Assembly (NCBI GenBank): GCA_014804905.1
Contig: JAAUYX010000047.1
Coordinates: forward strand, 1-33,886
DNA length: 33,886 bases
Reading direction: 5' to 3'
Origin: Desulfovibrio sp.
GTDB taxonomy: Bacteria; Desulfobacterota; Desulfovibrionia; Desulfovibrionales; Desulfovibrionaceae
The notes under the pieces were generated by a model. That model made no database searches. It had not been told where the DNA came from and saw nothing but the letters and a program-made list of their open reading frames with translations. Of this stretch, positions 18,046-27,083 are shown piece after piece (position 1 is the first letter of the stretch; every line of letters begins with the position of its first letter). A program made the translations under genes and the position numbers.

Positions 18046-18498
18046 TCAGGGCAGCACGAGGGCATTGGCCTCGCAGGCCGGGTCGCTGGCGACGAGGCCC
18101 TGCTCCGCCAGGTAGGCGCGCCCGGCGGCCGCAAACTCTTCGTGCGCCGCGTCCGGGGCGATGCCGGGGCAAAATTCCTTGGCGAGCTCGAGGCTCACCG
18201 GGTCCTCGATATTGCCGCGGAAAAAGGGCCACGCGCGGCAGATGGAGGGCTTGCCCTCATGCACCGAGCAGCCCGCGCCCTCGCGGAAAAAGATGCAGCG
18301 GCCGTCCTCGCCGTTGCGCACTTTGAGCTTGCCGCCGGAAATTTCCCCGTAGCGCTCAACCACCGTTTCCGGGGCAAGCCCGAGAAAGGCCGCCAGGCGC
18401 TTTAAATCCGTGGGGCTGACCACGATGCCTCCGCGGCCTTCGCAGCAATGCCCGCACATCTGGCAGTGGAAGAGGGAATCCGCATCCGGCTGCGGCAT
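18046..18498 (-). CDS. YkgJ family CxxCxxCC cysteine-cluster (Zn/Fe-S) protein
   Basis: Start at MPQPDADSLF (ATG 18498, GAGG RBS). FHCQMCGHCC, CIFF...CSVHEGKPSICRAWPF, CPGI. Confidence 0.87.
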   Translation of the reverse strand: MPQPDADSLFHCQMCGHCCEGRGGIVVSPTDLKRLAAFLGLAPETVVERYGEISGGKLKVRNGEDGRCIFFREGAGCSVHEGKPSICRAWPFFRGNIEDPVSLELAKEFCPGIAPDAAHEEFAAAGRAYLAEQGLVASDPACEANALVLP

Positions 18499-18559
18499 GG
18501 CAAACCTCGCTGGCAACTGCGGGGCCGTCGGCGCGACGGAAACGCCCGCGATTTTGGCG

Positions 18560-18588
18560 AGTCTAGCCGCGTCTTGCAAAACATACAA
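18560..18588 (-). promoter_or_regulatory. Putative sigma70 promoter for the YkgJ + J-domain pair
   Basis: Minus strand TTGTAT (18588-18583) - 17 bp - TAGACT (18565-18560). An overlapping alternative TTGCAA-N17-CAAAAT is also present. Confidence 0.45.
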
Positions 18589-18613
18589 GCCCGCAGAGGT
18601 GGCGCCCGCAAAA

Positions 18614-18642
18614 TTGACCCCTGGCGCGCGGATGAGTACCAT
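18614..18642 (+). promoter_or_regulatory. Putative sigma70 promoter for the TDT transporter
   Basis: TTGACC (18614-18619) - 17 bp - TACCAT (18637-18642). Confidence 0.6.
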
Positions 18643-18685
18643 TAAGGGGATTTCCGAAATGTGCCTTTTTGGGAGGGCAGGCGGC

Positions 18686-19819
18686 GTGAACAGCCTGGGC
18701 AGCCGTTTTTTTGCGCTGGTGAAGGCCATGGCCCCCAACAATTTCGCCATGGTCATGGCTACGGGCATCATTTCCGTGGCCCTGCTCAGGCTTGGCTGCC
18801 CGTGGGGGGCCTGGTTTTTCCACGGCGTCAATGCCTGTCTGTATGCGGCCCTGTGGACGCTGCTCCTCATCAGGCTCATCCGCTATCCGGCAGCCGTGGC
18901 CGCGGATTTTAAGAGCCACCTGAAGGGGCCGCCCTTTCTCACCATCGTGGCCGGGACCGCCATTATCGGCACGCAGTCCGCGCTCCTCGCGCACCATGTG
19001 GCTGCCGCGGGGGCGCTCTTCTGGCTCGGCGCGGTGTGCTGGGCATTCATCCTCTGGGGAGTTTTTTTCGCCATCTTCACGCGCGTGCCCAAGCCCTCCC
19101 TCGGCTGCGGCATCAACGGGGCGTGGCTTCTCGCCACGGTGAGCACCGAGGCGCTCGTCATCCTCGGGGCGACGCTCGGCGCGCCGGCCGGCTGGGATGC
19201 GGCCCTCGTCTATTTTTGCCTCTGCGCGCTGTTCTCTGTGGGGGTCGTCCTCTATCTCTTTGTCATCACGGGTATTTTTTTCCGCTTCTGCTTCACGGAC
19301 ATGCTGGCCGCGGAGCTGGACCCGACCTACTGGATCAACGCCAGCGCCGCCGCTGCCACGGCCCTTGCCGGGACGGCGCTCATGGGGCGCGCCGGGGCCG
19401 CGCCGCTGATGGGCCTGGTGCTGCCCTATATTTCCGGCATCACCATGCTGGCCTGGGCCGCGGCCTCGTGGTGGGTGCCCATGCTCATGCTGCTGGGCTT
19501 CTGGCGGCATTTCGTGCTCCGCTATCCCTTCACCTACACCCCCGCCTACTGGAGCATGGTCTTTCCGCTCGGCATGTATACGGCCTGCACGTCAGCCATT
19601 TCCGACGCCTTCGGCGTGCCGGGGCTTATGGCCGTGCCCTGCGTCTTTATCTTTTTCGCGCTCGGGGCCTGGGCGGTGACGCTGGCAGGGCTCGTGCGCT
19701 CGCGCGGGCGCGCGCTCCTGAAGGGGACTGCGCTCCCAGCGCAGGAATACTGCCGCACGGAAAAGGCCCCGCTGCCCGGCAATGCGGACAACGGGGCAGG
19801 AAGGCCGCAGGGGCGCTGA
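18686..19819 (+). CDS. Tellurite-resistance/C4-dicarboxylate transporter (TDT/SLAC1 family)
   Basis: GTG 18686 after GGGAGG (ATG 18659 is an alternative). PNNFAMVMATGIIS, INGAWLLATVS, PTYWIN, YWSMVFPLGMY; about 10 hydrophobic helices. Confidence 0.88.
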   Translation: MNSLGSRFFALVKAMAPNNFAMVMATGIISVALLRLGCPWGAWFFHGVNACLYAALWTLLLIRLIRYPAAVAADFKSHLKGPPFLTIVAGTAIIGTQSALLAHHVAAAGALFWLGAVCWAFILWGVFFAIFTRVPKPSLGCGINGAWLLATVSTEALVILGATLGAPAGWDAALVYFCLCALFSVGVVLYLFVITGIFFRFCFTDMLAAELDPTYWINASAAAATALAGTALMGRAGAAPLMGLVLPYISGITMLAWAAASWWVPMLMLLGFWRHFVLRYPFTYTPAYWSMVFPLGMYTACTSAISDAFGVPGLMAVPCVFIFFALGAWAVTLAGLVRSRGRALLKGTALPAQEYCRTEKAPLPGNADNGAGRPQGR

Positions 19820-19823
19820 GGTC

Positions 19824-22016
19824 CTATTTGCCGAACAGGATTTCCTGATAATTGGGGAGCGCCCAAAGGTCGTCGGCCACGATGGTCTCCAGCGTGTCCG
19901 CGTGTTCGCGCACTTCCAGCATGAGCGGGAGCACGTCGTTGCAGTAGTGCTCCGCGGCCTCGAGGCCTTCCCCCAGCGCGCCGCAGGCCGCGAGCGCGGT
20001 CTCCAGCTTCGCCGTGGCGTCCTGAAGCTGGCGCAGGCTGGCGGTCACTTCCTCAAGCGTGGTTGTGCGGTAGTCCATGCCGAGGTCGCGCAGGCGCCCG
20101 GCAGTGGCCGCGAGCTCGCCCTGGTAGCGCATGGCCGCGGGGAAAATGATGGTCCGCGCCATGCGGATGACGAGGTTCGCCTCCGTGCGCACGGTCTTGC
20201 AATACTGCTCGAGGTAGATTTCCTGCCGGGCGCGCAATTCGTCGCGCCGAAGCACCGCCGCGCGCTCGTAGATGGTGACCACCTCCGGCCTGGTGAGCTC
20301 CGGCAGGGCCTCCGGCGTGGTGCGCAGGTCGGGCAGGCCCCGGCGGCGCGCCTCCTGGTGCCAGACCTCGGAATAGCCGTCGCCGTTGAAGATGACGGCG
20401 CTGTGCTCCTCCATCACATGGGTGATGAAGGACTCCACGGCGGCGTTGAAGTCCGCGCCCGCGGCGGTCTCCCGCTCCAGCCAGTCGGCCGCGTAGCCGA
20501 GGGAATCGGCCATCATCACGTTGAGCGCCGTGATGGAGCCCGCGGCCGACTGGCCGGAGCCCACGGCGCGGAACTCGAAGCGGTTGCCCGTGAATGCCAC
20601 GGGGCTCGTGCGGTTGCGGTCGCCGGGATCGGTGGGGAGGGGGGGGAGGGTGTCCACGCCCACGTTCATGATGCGCCGCTGGCGGCCATTGGCCGCATCC
20701 TCGGCGCGCCCGGCGCGGAAGGCCTCGAACACCTCGGTGAGCTGGTCACCGAGGAAGATGGACATGATGGCCGGCGGCGCCTCGTGCGCGCCCAGGCGGT
20801 GGTCATTGCTGGCGCTCGCCACAGTGGCCCGCAAAAGCCCCCCGAACTTGTGCACCGCACGAATCATGGCCGCGCAGAATACAAGGAATTTCGCATTGGC
20901 GTGCGGTGTTTCGCCGGGGTCAAAGAGGCTCCCGAGCTCGCTGTTGCCGAGCGAATAATTGACGTGCTTGCCCGAACCGTTGACCCCGCTGAAGGGCTTT
21001 TCGTGGAGCAGGCACTTGAGCCCGTAGCGCTTGGCCACATTGCGCAGGGTGGACATGATGATGTGGTTGTGGTCCACGGCGAGATTGCTCGGCTCGTAGA
21101 GCGGCGCTATCTCGTACTGGCTGGGCGCGGCCTCGTTGTGGCGCGTGCGCACGGGCACGCCGAGCTTGTAGAGCTCGCGCTCCACCTCCATCATGCAGGA
21201 GAGCACGCGCTGCGGGATGACCCCAAAATACTGGTCGCTGAATTCCTGGCCCTTGGCCGGGCGCGCGCCGAAAAGCGAGCGCCCGGCAATCTGGATGTCC
21301 GGCCGGGCGAAGTTGAAATTGTGGTCGATGAAGAAATATTCCTGCTCCAGCCCAGCATAGGAGAGGATAGGGAGCTCCGTCTCGATGCCGAAAAGCGCGA
21401 GCAGGCGCTGCGCCTCCCTGTTGACGGCCTGGTTGGAGCGCAAGAGCGGTGTCTTTTTGTCCAGCGCCACACCTGTCCACGAAAGGAACATGGTGGGGAT
21501 GCACAGAAAGGTGCCGTTGGGGTTTTCCATGATATAGGCCGGGCTCGTCACGTCCCAGGCCGTGTAGCCGCGCGCCTCGAAGGTAGAGCGCAGGCCCCCG
21601 GAGGGAAAGGACGAGGCGTCCGGCTCCCCCCGGATGAGCATGGAGCCGGAAAACTCGGCGATGACGCCGCCCGTGCCGTCGGGCATGAGGAAGCTGTCGT
21701 GCTTTTCGGCCGTCTGGCCGGTGAGCGGGTAGAAGATGTGGGTGAAGTGGGTGGCGCCTTTCTCGATGGCCCAGTCCTTCATGACCGCGGCCACGGTGTC
21801 CGCGATGGAGGGGTCCATGCGCTCGCCAAAGGCGATGGTCTTGTGCAGGGAGCGGTAGACCTCCTTCGGGAGGCGCTCGCGCATCACGCGGTCGTTGAAC
21901 ACGTTGCAGCCGAAGATGTCCGTGGGCCGTGTGTCCGCGAAGTTCAGCGGCGCCACGTCCGGCTTGTAGGTGGTGATGGCCTGGATGGCGCTGTGGCGTC
22001 CGGTATTGCTGCTCAT
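19824..22016 (-). CDS. glnA: Glutamine synthetase type III (GlnN/GlnA3)
   Basis: 730 aa. [93 protein letters not shown]. Confidence 0.97.
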   Translation of the reverse strand: MSSNTGRHSAIQAITTYKPDVAPLNFADTRPTDIFGCNVFNDRVMRERLPKEVYRSLHKTIAFGERMDPSIADTVAAVMKDWAIEKGATHFTHIFYPLTGQTAEKHDSFLMPDGTGGVIAEFSGSMLIRGEPDASSFPSGGLRSTFEARGYTAWDVTSPAYIMENPNGTFLCIPTMFLSWTGVALDKKTPLLRSNQAVNREAQRLLALFGIETELPILSYAGLEQEYFFIDHNFNFARPDIQIAGRSLFGARPAKGQEFSDQYFGVIPQRVLSCMMEVERELYKLGVPVRTRHNEAAPSQYEIAPLYEPSNLAVDHNHIIMSTLRNVAKRYGLKCLLHEKPFSGVNGSGKHVNYSLGNSELGSLFDPGETPHANAKFLVFCAAMIRAVHKFGGLLRATVASASNDHRLGAHEAPPAIMSIFLGDQLTEVFEAFRAGRAEDAANGRQRRIMNVGVDTLPPLPTDPGDRNRTSPVAFTGNRFEFRAVGSGQSAAGSITALNVMMADSLGYAADWLERETAAGADFNAAVESFITHVMEEHSAVIFNGDGYSEVWHQEARRRGLPDLRTTPEALPELTRPEVVTIYERAAVLRRDELRARQEIYLEQYCKTVRTEANLVIRMARTIIFPAAMRYQGELAATAGRLRDLGMDYRTTTLEEVTASLRQLQDATAKLETALAACGALGEGLEAAEHYCNDVLPLMLEVREHADTLETIVADDLWALPNYQEILFGK

Positions 22017-22034
22017 GGGCTTTCCGTATCCGCG

Positions 22035-22457
22035 CTATTTCTTGTCGAGTATCTCGATCTCGAAGGTGAGCTCCTTGCCCGCCAGCGGATGGTTGGCGTC
22101 AAGGGTGATCTCGTCCGGGCCAACCTCGGTGATGGTCACGTCCATCTGCCCCTGCTCGTTGGAGAGCTGAAGCGGCGTGCCCACTTCCAGCGGGATGTGC
22201 GGGGGCACCTGGGCGCGCGCCACGGTAAAGACCAGCTCCGGGTCCGCCTCGCCGTAAGCCTCGGCGGGGGGAATGGTCACGGTGACGGTCTCGCCGGGCT
22301 CGCGGCCCTTCACGGCCGCCTCGAAGCCGGGGATGAGCGAGCCCGCGCCGAGGGTGAATTCCAGCGGTTCCCGCTCCTTGGAGGAGTCGAACACCGTGCC
22401 GTCGGAAAGGGTGCCTGTATAGTGGACGCGAATGGTATCGCCGTTCTGGATGGGCAT
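22035..22457 (-). CDS. FKBP-type peptidyl-prolyl isomerase with insert-in-flap domain (FkpB/short SlyD-like)
   Basis: ATG 22457 after AAGGAG. VHYTGTLSDGTVFDSS, LIPGFE, PAEAYG, LDANHPLAGKELTFEIEI. No His-rich tail. Confidence 0.92.
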   Translation of the reverse strand: MPIQNGDTIRVHYTGTLSDGTVFDSSKEREPLEFTLGAGSLIPGFEAAVKGREPGETVTVTIPPAEAYGEADPELVFTVARAQVPPHIPLEVGTPLQLSNEQGQMDVTITEVGPDEITLDANHPLAGKELTFEIEILDKK

Positions 22458-22539
22458 GTCTGCTCCTTGGTGGGTACTGCTTGCCGGGCCGGCGCAATGC
22501 GGGCCGAACCCCGGTTTCCGGGCCTTTTGGCCCGCCCTG

Positions 22540-22568
22540 AGAAAAACATGGCGGCCGCCCCTTGTCAA
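22540..22568 (-). promoter_or_regulatory. Possible sigma70 promoter for PPIase-glnA
   Basis: Minus strand perfect TTGACA (22568-22563) - 17 bp (ending TGt) - TTTTCT. The -10 is weak. Confidence 0.35.
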
Positions 22569-22637
22569 TGCGGAACGGGGCGCAACGGAAGAGCCGTAGA
22601 GGAGGGGCGCGTACGCATGGATTTTCAAGATATTTTC

Positions 22638-22666
22638 TAGACAAGCCGCCTGCGCGTGACTAGACT
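22638..22666 (+). promoter_or_regulatory. Putative sigma70 promoter placing the TSS at or near ATG 22673
   Basis: TAGACA (22638-22643) - 17 bp - TAGACT (22661-22666), 6 nt before the ATG. No Shine-Dalgarno. Confidence 0.5.
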
Positions 22667-22672
22667 CTGCGG

Positions 22673-25117
22673 ATGCAACACCATCAGGCAGAGCTCGTTC
22701 TCACCCGCGGCGACCTCATGGAAATGGAGGGTCTGCTGTGCGCCGGGCTTGGCGCGTTCCTCTCCTTCAACGGCCATGCCCTCTATTTTCCCACCCACGG
22801 CGGTCCTTCCGGGCCGGAACTCCTGAGCGGCGAGCGTCGCCTGCTCCTGCCCCTCATCTGGCGCGGGGAGAGCCTCGGGGTGCTCATGCTCCACGGCGTC
22901 CGCGCGCGTGAAACGCGGCGCCTGCTGCCGCAGCTTCCCGCCATTGCGGCCCTTTGCCTCGAAAATCTCGCCCGTGCCCGCGCCATGGAGCGCGACCCCG
23001 GTACGGACCTCATCACCGAGAGCGCCCTTTTGGCGCGCATGGAAGCCGAGGTGGAACTCTTGCGCGCCGCCATGCGCGACCCCTCCCGCGCCGCTGGCGG
23101 TCCCGCGCCCCTGCACCGCCTCTGTCTCGGCATGGCGGTCCTGCGCTGGCGCGACGGCGAGGCGCTGACCCGCAGCTTCGGCTACGCCTTTTGTGAGGAG
23201 ATGATGCGCGCCCAGGCCCGCGCCTGCCTTGCGGAACTGCCCTCGGACGCCAGGGCCGGGCGCATCGGCCCTTGCGAGATTGGCCTGCTCTTCCCGGCCA
23301 TCGGGCGCGGCGCGTGCCACAGGCTCGCGCAGGAGGCGCTTTCGCGCATGGATGCCGTGCGCGTGCATGACCCCGTGACCGGGCTTCAGCTCAGGCCCAG
23401 GCTTTGCGCGGGGCACGCCCTCTACCCTCAGGACATGCTGGGCCCCGAGCTTTCGCTCGCCATGTTCGACCAGGCGCGCAAGCTCCGGGACAGGGCGCGG
23501 CTCGCCGCCGACGCCGCCGAGCGGGCCCTGGCCGGGAATGACGCGGATGCGGCGAACGCGCGCGATGCGGTGATGCCCTTTGCCCAAATCCTGCGCCAAG
23601 GTGGCGTGGTGCTCGAGCGGCCGGCTCTCGACCGCCTCCGGGTGAGCCTCGGCAGGGAGGCCAAGGCTGTGGAGGGCCAGCGCTTCCAGGTGCGGGCGCG
23701 CACGCCCGACGGCCGCGCCGGGGCCTTCAAGGGCGACATCGTGCTCTTGCGGGTGGAGAACGGCGAAGCCCTGGCCGAAATCGTGCATCTTGAGGACCCG
23801 GCGGCCGCGCCCGAGGCGGGCGACCGCCTCCTCCTCGCCGCGGAGCCGGAAATGGGGGCGGCGGTGGAGGACGTCGCGCCACCCGCCGCAACAGGCGCAC
23901 CCGAGGCAGGCGCCCCGGTGGACGGCCCCATGAGCCACGGGGAATTTTTGCGCCGTTTCGACCTGGCACGGGAAGCCGCGCGCAGGTTCACCCTCGCCAT
24001 TGTGCGCCTGGCGCCCGCGGGGGAGAACATGGGCGGAGGCGAGGCGAAACAGGACGCAGATGCGGGCGCGGCGCTGGAAGCCTGGCTTTGTGCGGCCTCG
24101 CGCCTCCTTGCCGATACGGCGGAGCGCCTCAAGGCGCCGGCTCCCGCGCTCGTGGGCCGCTACGGCAGCAACAGCCTCATCGTTTTTCACCCCGGCGCCA
24201 GGGGAGAGGCCTGCCTCCCGCTCTATGCCGACCTCTGCGAGGCGGCGGAGGCGGCCGGGCTTTCCGCGGCCGCGGGCCTCGCCGCCCATCCCTTCCTGGA
24301 ATTTCGCAAGGATGAGAGCGAGGCCTGCGCCCTCAAGGCGCTGGAATTCGCGCTTTTGCTGGAAAACGGGCCGCGCGTGGGCCTGTGCGATTCGGTGGCG
24401 CTCAATATCAGCGCGGACAGGCGCTACAGCCTGGGGGACGCCTTCGGGGCCATGGAGGAATACAAGCTGGCCCTTTTGGCCGACGGGAAGAACGCCATGG
24501 CGCGCAATTCCCTCGGCGTCTGCCTTGCCGCGCTCGGCCGGGGCGCTGAGGCGCGGCGGCAGCTCCAGACCGCTTTGCGCCATGCCGACGACCCGGCGCT
24601 GGCCGCCAAGATTTCCTACAATCTCGGCGCGCTTTGCCAGAATCTCGGGGATTTTCGGGCCGCGGCCCGGCACTACCGGCACAGCGCCGGGCTTGCGCCG
24701 GAATACCGCTATGTCTGGCGGAAGCTCGGCCGCCTCCAGGAGGAGCGCGGCAGGCGCGCCGAGGCCCGGCGCTGCTATGAGCGGGCCGCCGAACTGGAGG
24801 ACGCGCGGCCGGGCACGCCCGCCACGGCCCGGCGGCAGCTTGCCCGGCTTGCCGCGCGCCAGCGCCGCGGGGCGGAAGCGCGGGAACTGCTCCATGACGC
24901 CCTGCTGCGCAATCCCGACGACGCCCAGGCCCTGCTCCAGCTGGCGGAACTCTATCTCGACGGCGGCGAGGACCCCGGCATGGCCGAAATGCTGGCGCGA
25001 CGCAGCGTGCGTCTCCATGACCGGCCCGAGGCCTGGCTTTTGCTCGCGCGGGCGCTGCGCGCGCTGGACCGGGAGGCCGATGCGCGCCGCGCCGAAGGCC
25101 GCGCGCTCTCCGCGTAG
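22673..25117 (+). CDS. TPR protein with two degenerate GGDEF-like (nucleotide-cyclase fold) domains
   Basis: RDPGTDLITESALL (D-LTGL-like), GRIGPCEIGLLF and LVGRYGSNSLIVF (R-x-GGDEF positions). Clear C-terminal TPRs (ARNSLGVCLAALGR, YNLGALCQNLGDF, ALLRNPDDAQALLQLAELY). Confidence 0.7.
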   Translation: MQHHQAELVLTRGDLMEMEGLLCAGLGAFLSFNGHALYFPTHGGPSGPELLSGERRLLLPLIWRGESLGVLMLHGVRARETRRLLPQLPAIAALCLENLARARAMERDPGTDLITESALLARMEAEVELLRAAMRDPSRAAGGPAPLHRLCLGMAVLRWRDGEALTRSFGYAFCEEMMRAQARACLAELPSDARAGRIGPCEIGLLFPAIGRGACHRLAQEALSRMDAVRVHDPVTGLQLRPRLCAGHALYPQDMLGPELSLAMFDQARKLRDRARLAADAAERALAGNDADAANARDAVMPFAQILRQGGVVLERPALDRLRVSLGREAKAVEGQRFQVRARTPDGRAGAFKGDIVLLRVENGEALAEIVHLEDPAAAPEAGDRLLLAAEPEMGAAVEDVAPPAATGAPEAGAPVDGPMSHGEFLRRFDLAREAARRFTLAIVRLAPAGENMGGGEAKQDADAGAALEAWLCAASRLLADTAERLKAPAPALVGRYGSNSLIVFHPGARGEACLPLYADLCEAAEAAGLSAAAGLAAHPFLEFRKDESEACALKALEFALLLENGPRVGLCDSVALNISADRRYSLGDAFGAMEEYKLALLADGKNAMARNSLGVCLAALGRGAEARRQLQTALRHADDPALAAKISYNLGALCQNLGDFRAAARHYRHSAGLAPEYRYVWRKLGRLQEERGRRAEARRCYERAAELEDARPGTPATARRQLARLAARQRRGAEARELLHDALLRNPDDAQALLQLAELYLDGGEDPGMAEMLARRSVRLHDRPEAWLLLARALRALDREADARRAEGRALSA

Positions 25118-25231
25118 GGCCGAGTTTTTCCTTCGGAGGGCTGCGCGAGAAAATCTGCGCACAAGTCCGTGAAAACATACCTCATTTGAGGCCGCCTGCC
25201 TGCGGGATGCGCAGCGGGCGGCCTCTCTGCC

Positions 25232-25304
25232 TTGACAGCACCGGGCCTCTGGGGCATAAGTGGAAAAAAGTGGTGATTCTGGTCAAAAAAGTGGTAGATT
25301 ATGG
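25232..25304 (+). promoter_or_regulatory. dcw (Pmra) promoter with MraZ-binding direct repeats
   Basis: TTGACA (25232-25237) - 17 bp - CATAAG, then AAGTGG repeats with GTGG at 25260, 25270 and 25291 and degenerate copies at 25279 and 25301 (about 10-bp period). Confidence 0.75.
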
Positions 25305-25771
25305 CGGCACGCTTTTCCGGCAGCTATTTTCGCAGCATGGACGCCAAGGGGCGTCTGGTGCTGCCGCCGAAATTTCTCGACGCGCTGGGCGCGGCCGGTC
25401 ACGGGGGGGACGCCGCTGACCCGTCCGCCGGCGCCTTCTGGCTGACCGCCTATTACGGCCATCTCACCGCTTACCTGCCCGCGCAGTGGAATGTCATCGT
25501 GGAGCAGTTGAGCAGCATCAGGATGCCGCCGCCCGCGCTCGCCCACTTCAAGACCAAGGTCATCGGCCTCGCGCACGAGCTCATCCCGGACGCTCAGGGC
25601 CGGGTGCGCATCCCGCAGCCGCTCCTGCGGGCCGCGGGCCTCGGCCGCGAAGCCGTGCTCGTGGGGATGCTCGACAAGTTCGAAGTCTGGGCTCAGGAGC
25701 GCTTTGACGACCTGCCTGATGAAGATGTGAGCGAAGAACTGGCGGCCCGCAATGTGGTCCTTGACCTCTGA
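25301..25771 (+). CDS. mraZ: Division/cell wall cluster transcriptional repressor MraZ
   Basis: Two DxxGR motifs (MDAKGRLVLP, PDAQGRVRIP), LVGMLDKFEVW; first gene before rsmH. Confidence 0.93.
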   Translation: MAARFSGSYFRSMDAKGRLVLPPKFLDALGAAGHGGDAADPSAGAFWLTAYYGHLTAYLPAQWNVIVEQLSSIRMPPPALAHFKTKVIGLAHELIPDAQGRVRIPQPLLRAAGLGREAVLVGMLDKFEVWAQERFDDLPDEDVSEELAARNVVLDL

Positions 25772-26778
25772 TGCAGGCGGACATGGGCATGGCTTCTGAG
25801 GCAAGGCCCCGGCATGTGCCGGTGCTCCTTGAGGAGACGCTGGCGGCGCTGGCGCCCGTGGCGGGCGGCCGCTACCTGGACGGCACGGTGGGCCTGGGGG
25901 GGCACGCACAGGCCATCCTCGAAGCGGCCCCGGAGAGCAGGCTCTGCGGGCTCGACCGGGACACCGAGGCCCTTGAGCTGGCGCGGGAGCGGCTTGCCCC
26001 CTTCGGGGAGCGGGTGCGCCTCTTTCACCGCCGCTACAGCGAATTTGCGGGCGCGCTGGAGGAACTGGGCTGGGATTTCGTCAACGGGGCGCTTATCGAC
26101 ATCGGCGTCTCGTCACTCCAGCTCGACGAGGCGGAGCGGGGTTTCAGTTTTTTGGGCGACGGCCCGCTCGACATGCGCATGGACGCGGCCTCCGTGGAGC
26201 GTTCGGCCTGGCACTGGGTCAACCGGGAAAGTTTCGCCAGCCTCAAGGAGTGCATCAGTACCCTCGGGGAGGAGCCGCAGGCCGGGCGCATTGCCCGCGC
26301 CATCGTGGATGCGCGGCAAAAGACGCCTATCGAAACTACGGCGCAACTGGCGGCTCTTGTGGAGCAGGCCTATCCCCCGGCATGGCGCGCCAAGGCAAGA
26401 CGGCACCCGGCCACGCGCACCTTTCAGGCCCTGCGCATGGCCGTCAATGACGAGCTCGGGGAGCTTGAGCGTTTTCTGGATGGCATCCTCGCGTGGCTCC
26501 CTCTGGGCGGGCGTCTCGTGGTCATCACTTTTCATTCGCTGGAGGACAGGATGGTCAAGCACGCCATGCGGCATTGGGCCGAAGGCTGCCGCTGCCCCCG
26601 GCATGTGCCAGTCTGCCGCTGCGGCCATGTGCCCGAAGTGCGCCTGCTTGCCAAAAAACCGCTCATCGCCCAGGCGGAGGAAGTGGTGGCCAATCCGCGC
26701 GCAAGCTCGGCCAAGCTGCGGGCAGTTGAAAAAATCGCCGAAGCGCCCCGGACCGAAAGCCTTGAGGGGCGGGCATGA
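25771..26778 (+). CDS. rsmH: 16S rRNA m4C1402 methyltransferase RsmH (MraW)
   Basis: HVPVLLEE, YLDGTVGLGGH, DIGVSSLQLD..RGFSF, PLDMRM, TRTFQALRMAVNDEL, ITFHSLEDR, NPRASSAKLR. Exact start uncertain (25771/25783/25789). Confidence 0.97.
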   Translation: MQADMGMASEARPRHVPVLLEETLAALAPVAGGRYLDGTVGLGGHAQAILEAAPESRLCGLDRDTEALELARERLAPFGERVRLFHRRYSEFAGALEELGWDFVNGALIDIGVSSLQLDEAERGFSFLGDGPLDMRMDAASVERSAWHWVNRESFASLKECISTLGEEPQAGRIARAIVDARQKTPIETTAQLAALVEQAYPPAWRAKARRHPATRTFQALRMAVNDELGELERFLDGILAWLPLGGRLVVITFHSLEDRMVKHAMRHWAEGCRCPRHVPVCRCGHVPEVRLLAKKPLIAQAEEVVANPRASSAKLRAVEKIAEAPRTESLEGRA

Positions 26779-27083
26779 ACAGCCGCACGCGGGGCGCGGG
26801 CAAGCCCCAGGGGGGGCGCGGTTGGCTTGCGGTGCTGGCGCTGGAGCTGCTCGGTCTGCCCGTGATGGGGCTCGTGCTCGTCTGGAGCGGCATCGAGCGC
26901 ACGGACACCACCTATTTCATCAATATCGCGCAGAACGAGGTGCGGGAGCGCCAGGCCCTGCGCGCCAAGCTGGAAGTGGAGCGGGAGCGGCTGCTCTCGC
27001 CCTACGAGCTGCGCCGCCGCGCGCAGGAACTGGACATGCGCGAGCCGGGCCCCGGCCAGGTGCGCCGCATGGACCGGCCTTAG
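26775..27083 (+). CDS. ftsL: Probable cell division protein FtsL (bitopic, coiled-coil)
   Basis: Position between rsmH and ftsI. Single TM, periplasmic coiled coil, LLSPYELRRRAQELDM-P. ATGA overlap with rsmH. Sequence is divergent. Confidence 0.7.
   Translation: MNSRTRGAGKPQGGRGWLAVLALELLGLPVMGLVLVWSGIERTDTTYFINIAQNEVRERQALRAKLEVERERLLSPYELRRRAQELDMREPGPGQVRRMDRP

Noticed and set aside
19782-25162. 952-aa (+) and 841-aa (-) ORFs opposite glnA and the TPR gene
   Set aside because: Antisense shadows with no domain signatures.
26584-26630. Cys-rich CRCPRHVPVCRC insert in RsmH
   Set aside because: Common feature of RsmH in many lineages; not novel.
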